From the human T2T-CHM13v2.0 reference genome, Homo sapiens: a stretch of 64,000 nucleotides of DNA. The stretch is from the NCBI RefSeq assembly GCF_009914755.1, contig NC_060930.1; one strand, given 5' to 3'. A program made the position numbers and the translations under genes. Shown here in pieces: positions 13,976-26,589 of the stretch; position 1 is the stretch's first letter; every line of letters starts with the position of its first letter. The notes below the pieces were generated by a model. That model ran no database searches. It was not told the origin of the DNA and worked only from the letters and a program-made list of their open reading frames with translations.

Positions 13976-16932
13976 ATAAATATAAAATTTAAAAATATAA
14001 ATAAATACATAGAGAGTATTACAAAAGGAACAATATATTGCAAAATATATTTACCTAACATTTTGAAATTGCCATTATAATTGTATAAGTGACATAGGAA
14101 ACTGGGTCATTAACAGCTATCTTATTCTTCAAGCTTCTTTCAAATGATGTCAAAGCATTTCAGAAAGTCAAACCTACCCTCAAAGGATAAGAATTTGTCA
14201 ATTGTGAGGATATGCACATTTTTACACCTTCTCAATCTGTGTCTATATGAAGGCAGTTATAAAGCACAAGATGCAAACGTATATTAGGCAATAGTCTTCA
14301 TCAGAATAAGTACATAACCTGACACAATGACTATATTGGAAGAAACATGGAAATGCAAATTTCAATAGATTGGTTGACATTATTTTTTAATGTCTAGTTT
14401 TTTACTGTGCTGTGTTTTTACACACTTAATGAGCACTTGTTAAGCACAGGACACCAGGAGAAATAATAAAAACTAAGATCAGCCTAGCAGTGTGTCCTCT
14501 CAAGAACTTATACCTGGTGGGACAGATACAGACAAATATAACCATCATACAGTGTGAGAAATCGATAGAAAAGACACAGCCACTGAGAGCACAAAAGAAT
14601 AAAAACATAAAATGTTAATGTGCTGGCTAAACGTTTGCCTTCAAGTATTTACCAGTCTAGCTGGGAAAATAAGACAGAAGACAACAGCCTAAAATAGTGG
14701 TTCTTAAACATTTAGATATCAGGACTTCTTTACACTCCTAAAAACTATCAGGCCTCCAAAAAATATTTTGCTAAATATAGGCATTTATCACTTTGGAAAA
14801 CAAAGCTGAGTATTAATTATTTAATTATTTATATTAATATTTATTTGATAACCTTTAAAATATTATAAAATTAATATTTATTTATAATGCATATATGTGA
14901 TTATATAGTTCATATGTAGCCATATATTTATCATATATACCATAGATTTATGTTATATATTACATATGTATGAAGAAAAAATGGAAAGTAAACCCAAAAG
15001 TTCCCCATTCCCTAACCCATTCAAAACCCTGGAAGTCCCAGGCTAATCTGAAACTTGTAAAACTGCCTGCATGTAGAGAGCACAGCTGAGCTGGTAGTGT
15101 GGAAGAGCAGAAAGACAGCAGTTCTGGAGCAAGGAAGCTTTATATTTAATCCCAGTTTCTCCATTCATGAGCTTGGTTACCCTGCCAAGTTCCTTCTCTG
15201 TAAAATGGGAATAATACTCCCAGAAATACAGTGAGGATTAAATTAGATAATGTGCATACAGTTCCTGGGATTGGGATCAGCACACAGTAGCCTCTCATTT
15301 GAGGCATATTTGCATTAGATCCTTGCTGTATGATATCCTTCTGTTTCTTTCTTTTTTTTTTTTTTCCTTTGGTGACCCTAAGAAAGATGGTACTCTCCTT
15401 AACTTGGAGGGCTGGATGCGAAGAGACCAAATCCAACAAGCTGGTTCATTCTTTCTAATTATGTGTGCTTCCCTTAGCTGCCTCTGAAAGGATACAGGCC
15501 CTAGGTACTAGCCCCAAGAAGCCTAATGATAAGAGATAGAGCTGGACCACCAGAGAAGAGATGAGTGTGTATGTGTGTGTGTGCAAGCAATTATATGTGT
15601 GCATTTAGGAGTGGTAGGTGTGTAAACAGTCTAGAACACTCATTCTCACTGTGATGTGAGGATGTATCCCCACATCACTGTTCTGGGAGCTCACTCCTTG
15701 TCCATCATCCAAGCTTATGATGGACAATTCTTTCCCAAGTGGGAAAGAATTCTGATGACACTCACATAACTACCCAGTCCCAACTTTCTGTATCCAAGGT
15801 GTGTGCATACCTTTGATAGCAGGCAGGTGTGCCTAGCCAATATATTAGGAGCATGGTATTCCAGCACTCTGCACTTTTTTACTATAGAATTCATCTCAAC
15901 CTGCTTACATTACATGAAAGTTTTGATTGATATCAAATTTTTATTATGTTTGCTTATCAAAGGATTTGTAATTATGCTTCAGTTGATACATAGATTGTTT
16001 ATATTTTTCATGGTTACTTGAAGCACTTATATTTTCCTCATACTTTTACAAAGTAATCAAGGAAAAATACAGAGGCAGCTTAGTATATTAGTCAAAAGAA
16101 TAATTAGACTGTCTTGGAACCTGGAATGTCTGAGTTCAAATTCAATTTTGCCGTTTTACCAGCTGTGTGACTTTGGGTGAGTTAATAAACCTTTTCGTGT
16201 CTCAGTGTTCTCACATGTAAAGAGACAATAATAAGCCTACCTGTTTCATGGGTCATTATGAGGATTAAGGAGTTAACATTTAAATAGTTCTTAGAACAAC
16301 CTCTGACATATTTTAAGTACAAAAATATATACATATATTAAATAATAACTTTTCTAAAACATCCTACCTACAATCTTGTGTGCAAATTGGTGGCTCAATT
16401 CTGCAACTGTTGTTGGTGGTGTTGTTGTTAAGCTTTTGTTTGTCATGACTGTTATCAGTAATATTAATACAGACAGTTAACTGAACCCTTCCTCTGCACC
16501 AGGCATTATATGGACTATTTTCATTCTGACTCCCTGCATTCTATGAGACAACCACCATTGTAATCATTCTCACGTTGCCAATAAGGAAATGGAGAATGAG
16601 AATTCAGACTTCTCCAAGAAGTGCTGCAGACTGATTATAAATCATGCATCCTAAACACACACATATTAAAGTATCAACTAAATCAAACAGAATAAAACTT
16701 TTGTTTTTCTATCTACAAAATGCATGAATTAAAATATGCCCCAACTACTTAACTAATATATTTAGTAAGTAGAGGGATGGAAGCGTTTTCACTCCTTCAA
16801 TACATTCTTCATCAACCTCTCTCACCTTACCCCTCTGTCACAGGCATTTCCTATGTCATGCGGTTTTTCTGATGTACGCTAGGTGGCAGTCAAAACCACG
16901 AACTCTTGAAAGAGAGTATATTCCTATTTTTC

Positions 16933-17155
16933 TGCAGCCTCAACCTCCAGGGCTCAAACGATCCTCCTGCCTCAGCCTCCTGAGTAGCTGGGGCCACAGG
17001 TGCGAGCCACCACACCTGGCTAACTTTTACATTTTTGATAGAGACGGGGTCGCCATGTTAGCCAGCCTGGTATCGAATTCCTGACCTCAGGTGATCTGCC
17101 CGCCTCAGCCTCCCAAAATGTTGGAATAACAGGAGTGAGCCACAGTACCTGGCCG
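16933..17155 (-). mobile_element. Truncated Alu (J-like)
   Basis: Reverse Alu sequence without its tail. Confidence 0.8.
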
Positions 17156-17636
17156 GTAATTTTTAACTTCTAGCTATACACTTAGTTTTTTGTCCTTTTC
17201 AGTGGACAGAAATTATAATGCCTGTTTGACAGGGGATAATTCTGAGGCACTGGGAAGCCATGAGACTGCATGGATTGCACAGGCAGGCAAGAACATGGGA
17301 AGGAACAAGTGTCTTAGACACTTGTCTCAGTGGTCTAGAAAAATCATGCTAGCTGATTCATTCACTCCACAAACAACTGATCAACATCTTCAAGAAGCCT
17401 AACAATGTACTGAGTTCACGGGACAAGAAAATAATTCAGACAGGCTCTACCTTCATGGTGGTGTTTGAAGAATAGGGATCTAGAAAACGGTAGGTAATAG
17501 TGGCTGTGCAAAAGATATCAGAGATGATATGAAAAGGAGGGACTAGACCATTTTACCCGGGAGTGGAGGTTAAACATAGGGTCTTTAAGGGAAACGTAAA
17601 AATATTAATTCTTTTCATTTTTGAAGTAAAATGACC

Positions 17637-17669
17637 ATCGCTTCTCGGCCGTTTGGCTAAGAACAAGTG
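17637..17669 (+). pseudogene. 3'-truncated U2 snRNA retrocopy (U2 nt 1-33)
   Basis: ATCGCTTCTCGGCCGTTTGGCTAAGAACAAGTG versus U2 ATCGCTTCTCGGCCTTTTGGCTAAGATCAAGTG (2 mismatches). Flanked by TSD AAGTAAAATGAC. Confidence 0.9.
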
Positions 17670-18666
17670 AAGTAAAATGACTGAGGATGACAGACATAAA
17701 TACTGCTATACAAACATGGTAGCACTGAAATTGGCTCTTGCCTGACAGGAAGCAAAATTATAAAATTCATTATTTAGATATATCAATAATGATGGTGATC
17801 AGGCTGTAATAATAATGTTATTAATCATTATGTATCAATAAGAATACAGGTGTGTGACTTTACAATGTGCCTAAGAGCAACCCAATATTTTGATTGTAAA
17901 CCACATTCCCTTAAACACACACACACCTCAAACAAGACCCCATAAAGCAGACTGCACTAAAGTGGAGGTTATGTAAAAGTCCAACAGAATAAGAACCCTC
18001 CCCCATTGTGTATTAATCTGTGAACTAAAAAAAAATTTCATTAAATTGAAAATATCTAATTGTCAACTAGCAATTTTAAAGAGTTTAGGCAGAAAATGAA
18101 ATATAAAGCTTTTTTTTAACTTTTAGATTTTTCAAGGCTAGCAGAACTGCTGAAGAATAACAATTCAAAACATAGGTTTGCTTTGGTTTCAATCTCTGTA
18201 GCCAAAGGCATTTACAATGTAGGATGTTGTTTGTGCTTTCAGACACTAGATGACGCTCCAAATCAAAATGCCGGTAGTTGGACAGCCCCTGATCAAGCCG
18301 CCCGGCAAATCATTAACTGGGTTGACACTGTATTACTCAGCAGATTTCAAAACTCATTCACATACAGAGTCTTTTGGTGGACAAAAATAATTATTACCCA
18401 CAATTGACAGTGACAGTACTGAGAAGCTGGGAAACTGAAGTAGGACCCTGGAGCAGCCAAGTACAGAGACTGGCTCCCAGGACCTTAGGAGTTAATACTA
18501 TTCCTAAAGAGAATAAATTGTCAAATAGACAAGAAATTCATGTGGGTTGATGCATTCACTTCCCCAAAACAATTATTAAGCAGTAGAAATGATAACTACG
18601 CTGGTAGTGGAAATAGTTTACAGTAAAAGGGAGAAGACATGCAAAAACCAAAAAAAAAAAAACGGG

Positions 18667-19077
<411 letters not shown>

Positions 19078-19117
19078 TTATGTCTTAAATGAGAGTAACA
19101 AATTAAACATAAGAACC

Positions 19118-20059
<942 letters not shown>

Positions 20060-21647
20060 AAACCCCAAGGACCTACAAAGACTGCATACTTTTTTTTTCC
20101 TTTTTATTAATTGTGAGATAACCACAGCATAGGCAATTTGTTTTTTGTTTTTGTTTTTGAGACAGGATTTTGCATTGTTGCCCAGGCTGGAGTGCAGTGG
20201 CATAATCATAGCTCACTGCGTCCCCAAACTTCTAGGCTCAAGAGATCCTCCCAGCTTAGCCACAACTGAGAGGTGCTACTAGCATTTAGTGAGTAGAGAA
20301 CAGATATGACTAGAGGTTCATTAAGTGTTTTGAGCCTTTACAGCTTCAAAATTGTCTTTGCTAACCCCTAACTTTTGGATGCTACAGAGGGCCCCTGGAG
20401 TATCCAAAGGAGAGGTAAACAGGATCATTTGACACGTTTAGTTATATAGGATTGTTGAAATAAGGTGATATTTGATCTTCAGGTCATATTTCAGTGAAAA
20501 CTGTGAATATGTGTTCCAAAATTATAGGGGATTTCTAGAGTTCTGATATCTGAGTTTGTGTCATCAGTTATAATTAGAGTTATTGTGTTAGGCTATTGTA
20601 AATCACAGAGGTGACTAAATTTCTTTGTCAATTGTGTTTTTGACTGTGACTACCCTAGGACATTTTAACATTCATAGACAAATGTTGTCTTGTTTTGAAA
20701 CTCTGCAAAGAATGGATTATAACCCTCAATTGCAGGTTTCTGATAACTTTGAAGATTGTGAACAGGAGTTAACTAGGTGAGCTGAACTATTGGAAAACTA
20801 ATCTTCTTGACTCTTGCCTCTGTACCTAATTCTTCCTGGATGCAGGACAAGAACTCAGGCAAAGGTGCTGCAGCATAAAGTCTGGCCAGAGAAACTGACA
20901 CTCCAGAGGTTTTGTAACAATATTTTATGTTAAATAATTTATACGTATTTCCTATTCTAAGCATTTCAAGTGATTGTAAAAACTCAACTCATGAAAACTT
21001 ATAGCTGAGATGATGTATCCTGTGATTTTTAACTCAACTTTATACCAATCTAAGTTGATTAGCATTCTTACAAAGTTTAAGAAGTTAAGATTTGCCATAT
21101 TAAGTATTGTCTTAAGATTTTTAAGAATTGAAAAATTTGGAGCAGTTTTGTTCATTAGTCAATTGGATACTTTAAAAGTCCAGTATGTCAGATTTAAAAA
21201 TTGCAATTTATAAGTTTTCTTCTTAAAGTTCGTCAAATTGCAAAAGCCTTGCCAAAAATGAATGTTAAAAATTTGGTAGATTATTTGTTCTATGGGTTCT
21301 ATGGGAAAAAATTGGTAGATTAATAAATGCCAATAGTAAGCATTGTAAATTGAATTTAAAAGTTTAAGGAAGAGCTATTAATTTAATTTTGTCATAATAA
21401 TGAATTGAATGTTGTTTTTTAAGTACCATAGTACTTGTTGAATGATCTTTCTGTATGGAAAAGGACATAAAAATGCACATTGGTAACATCAACTCTATTT
21501 CAGCGGCGGGATTGTGGGGTGAGCTTATCTCCAGGTTTGGGAAGGATGTGTTGTATCATCTGCCTCTTGTGTGTGTACTACCTGCCATTGCTGCTTGGCC
21601 ACCAGCATCCACCTTGGTGAGTCCTGTCTCCCTCTAAAAGACTCGAG

Positions 21648-21800
21648 CTGTGCTGTTCAATCCAGTAGCCCCTAGCTACATGTAGCTATTGTAATGAATT
21701 AAAATTAAGTAAAATTAAACATTCTGCTCCTCAGACACCAGTCACATTTCAAGTGCACAATAGTCACAAGTGGCCAGTAGCTAGTTTTGAACAGTGTGGA
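21648..21800 (+). mobile_element. MER3-like hAT-Charlie MITE
   Basis: CTGTGCTGTTCAAT..TAGCTACATGTAGCTATT..CACATTTCAAGTGC..AATAGTCACAAGTGGC..TTGAACAGTG with terminal inverted repeats. Confidence 0.6.
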
Positions 21801-21989
21801 AAGATTTCTGTCATCACAGAGCATTCTATTATCACGTTGTAAAGCATTCTCTAGCTCTTGCAAACTTGTCAGATCCCTTAAAAGTTCTTAAAAATAATTC
21901 ATCATTCGAATTTTGCTCAGACTAATTTTTAGGGAAGTCTTTTTCTGGAGGCGTGGACTTGTGATCTCCATAATTCATCCCTTCTACTA

Positions 21990-23375
21990 TGTTAGTTACC
22001 TTGAGCTGCTGTAATAAAATACTATAGACTTAGTCGCTAAAAAAAAAATAACTTTCTCACAGTTCTGGAAGCTCAGAAGTCCAAGATCCAGGTGCTGGCC
22101 AATTCAGTTTCTAGGTGAACGCTCTCTTCCTGACTTGTTGGTGGCAGCAGCATTCTCACTATGTGCTCATGTGGTGTCCTTTTTGTGCTTGTAGGGCTTA
22201 GGCAGTGGAGAGAAGGAGGAGAGAAAAAGAGGTCTCACTGTTTTCTCCTTTTCCCGAGACAGGTTCTCGTGTAGCCCAGGCTGGACAGCAATGGCTCACT
22301 GCAGCCTCCTCCTGGGCTCAAGCAATCCTCCCACCTCAGCCTCCAGAGTAGCTGGAGCCTCAGATGTGTACCACCACACCCAGTTCATTTTTTAAATTTT
22401 TAGAAGTTGGGGGTCTCACTATTTTGTCCAAGCTGGTCTTGAACTCCTGGGCTAAAGCGAGCCTCCTGCTTCAGCCTCTCATAGTGTTGGAATTACAGGC
22501 ATCAGCTGCAGCACCTGGCTCTATTGTCTTTTTTTTTTTTTTTTTTTGAGATGGAGTCTCTATCACCCAGGCTAGAGTACAGTGGTGTGATCTCACTGCA
22601 ACTTCCACCTCCTGGGTTCAAGGGATTCTCCTGCCTCAGCCTCCCAAGTAGCTGGGAGTACAAGCGTGCACCACCACACCTGGCCAATTTTTGTATTTTT
22701 AGTAGACATGGGGTTTTACCATGTTGGCCAGGCTGGTCTCAAACTCCCAACCTCAGGTGATCCATCCACCTCAGCCTCCCAAAGTGCTGGGATTACAGGC
22801 ATGAGCCACTGCACCTGGCCTGTTGTCTCTTTTAATAAGGGCATGAATTTCATCATGAGAGACACATCCTGATGAGTTTGTCTAAATATAATGACTTCCC
22901 AAACGCCCCAGCTCCAAGTACCATCACACTGGGGGTTAGGGTTTCAACATATGAATTTTGCGACGGGGAGTCACAATTCAGTCCATAGTACCTACTGTAT
23001 TAGTTTTCTGGGGCTGCAGTAACAAAGTACCTCAAACTTGTTGGCTTAACAACAGATATTTATCGTCACACAGTCCTGGAAGCTGGAAGTCTGAAATCAA
23101 AGTATCATCAGGTTTGATTCCTTCTGAAGGCAATGAGGGATAATCTGTTCCAGGTTTCTCTCCCAGCTTCTGGTATCCCCAGACTCATTGCTTGACTTGA
23201 ATGGTGATTCTCCCTGTGTCTACTCACCACATTTTCTCTCTATAGGTGTCAGTCTCTGTGTATGACATTTCTCCTTTTTATAAGGACACCCTTTATGTTG
23301 GGTTAGAGCCCACTCTTATCTTAACTGATGAAGTGCAAAGACCCTATTTCCAAATAAGGCCACATTCACAGGTCC
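21990..23375. mobile_element. MLT1 (MaLR) LTR fragments with two nested minus-strand Alus (about 22250-22520 and 22528-22820)
   Basis: TTCTCACAGTTCTGGAAGCT..AAGTCCAAGATC and GGGGTTAGGGTTTCAACATATGAATTTTG are MLT1 hallmarks. Confidence 0.7.
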
Positions 23376-24138
23376 TGATACAGGAGGGGGAAAGTGCTGG
23401 GAAGGGAAGGGCATGGTCCCTTTAAATGATATGGAAGTGGGGAAGGGAAGGGCGTGGTCCCCGGCTAGGGCTCCACCCCCAGGCCTGTGCCCAGGGACCA
23501 CGGTGAGGACAGGCATTTTTGTTTTCCTGCCCAAATGTTGCATTTCCCAAGACCTCCCCTGGCCTGCCACAAGACACGAATAGCTGGACGTCCAGGGGAG
23601 CACACTGGCAGAAGAGCACACAACAAACGTTTGCCTGGCAAAATGAGGCGGAATTTGACTGGGGTGGTTGCAGGAGAGCCTGGGCCACTGAGTGGCTGAC
23701 TCCAAGGGAAAACTTTCCCACTCCATCCACTTTTGGCTTTGCCCAACTGCTGAGAGCTACCTCCACTTAATAAAACCTTGCACTCTTTCTCTAAGCCCAG
23801 GTGTGGTCTGATTTATTCCGGTACACCAAGGCAAGAACCTGGGATACAGAAAGCCTTCTTCTGTCCTTGGGACAAGGTAGACGGTCTAATTGAGTTGGTT
23901 AACACCAGCTGCCTATAAATGGCAAAACTAAAAGAGCACCCTGTAACACACACCCACTGTGGCTTCAGGAGCTGTAAACATTCAACCCTAGACACTGTGG
24001 TGGGGTCATGGGGTTGGAGACCCACAACCTGCCCGTCTTACTGTTCCCCTAGAGGTTTGAGCAGCCAGGCACTGAAGAAATTAGCCACACTCCTATCACA
24101 TGCCATGCGAGCGGGACAAGGGAACTTTTCCCATTTCA
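23376..24138 (+). mobile_element. Solo ERV1 LTR of the LTR1/LTR28 group, nested in MLT1
   Basis: TGATACAGG...CCCATTTCA termini, AATAAA at about 23769 and TSD GTCC/GTAC. MLT1 sequence resumes at 24139. Confidence 0.65.
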
Positions 24139-24374
24139 GTACTGGTGGTTAGGACTTCAACAACTTTATTTTTGTGGGAATGCATACTTCAACCCATATT
24201 ATGAGGGTTCCTAGAATGTGGACTGCTGAGGCTGAAGCACTACCTAAGTGCCTGAGGCCAGCCTGCAGTTGGTTTCTGGCTCTCATGAGTTAGCTAACAT
24301 CTCGGGAGAGAGGAAGACAGGCCTAGGAAGAGCAGAGCCCAGGATTCATTCTTCATTCCACCTCTGCTCTTCAG

Positions 24375-24635
24375 AATCTCCTTCAGTCTATGTGATGAGC
24401 CATCAGACCTCTTGGTGGGAAATGGTGCTGCCGTGCCTAGCCCTTTTCGATTGTGCTACCATGCTGAGATTACTGAGGGACCAGGAAGGCCTGGACTCAG
24501 ACCATATAGGGTGCCACCCTAGTGGGAATGGAACCTGTCAGTGCTGGGTGAATGTGACCGTCCCATGAGGAGAAGACAGATACTCTTGCCAAGCTGAGCA
24601 TGGAGACCTGAATGGGACACTCATTATCATGAGGG
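24375..24635 (+). pseudogene. Decayed MHC class I-like alpha3 (Ig-C1) exon, HFE-like
   Basis: A polypyrimidine-AG acceptor leads into a phase-1 frame ESPSVYVMSHQTSWWEMVLPCLAL...PSGNGTCQCWVNVTVP*GEDRYSCQAEHGDLNGTLIIMR. This aligns by eye to HFE exon 4. It has one in-frame stop and a degenerate donor. Confidence 0.75.
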
Positions 24636-24789
24636 GATGAAGATCCAGGCTTCCAAAGTTGGTACCACAGGGTGGCTATGGCATGAACAGGGGGTTAGGA
24701 TGAAGGACCCAGAATCTAACATGCTGGAGAGGTAGGGAAAGGAGTCAGAAGTTCAGTCTTGTTGAACCCTAAATATTGCATCTCTCTCT

Positions 24790-26589
<1,800 letters not shown>

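Noticed and set aside
14810-14970. AT-rich quasi-palindromic tract
   Set aside because: Low-complexity sequence in which inverted repeats are expected by chance.
15636-15770. Frame reading THSH...GAHSLSIIQAYDGQFF, reminiscent of MHC-I alpha1/alpha2 motifs
   Set aside because: Motif spacing is wrong, splice sites are unconvincing, and it lies upstream of the candidate leader. The hairpins describe this region better.
20320-20810. Possible ERV internal fragment
   Set aside because: Resemblance too vague to name a family or set boundaries without a search.
23316-23770. Cluster of overlapping 70-136 aa ORFs on both strands
   Set aside because: GC-rich LTR sequence with no protein motifs.
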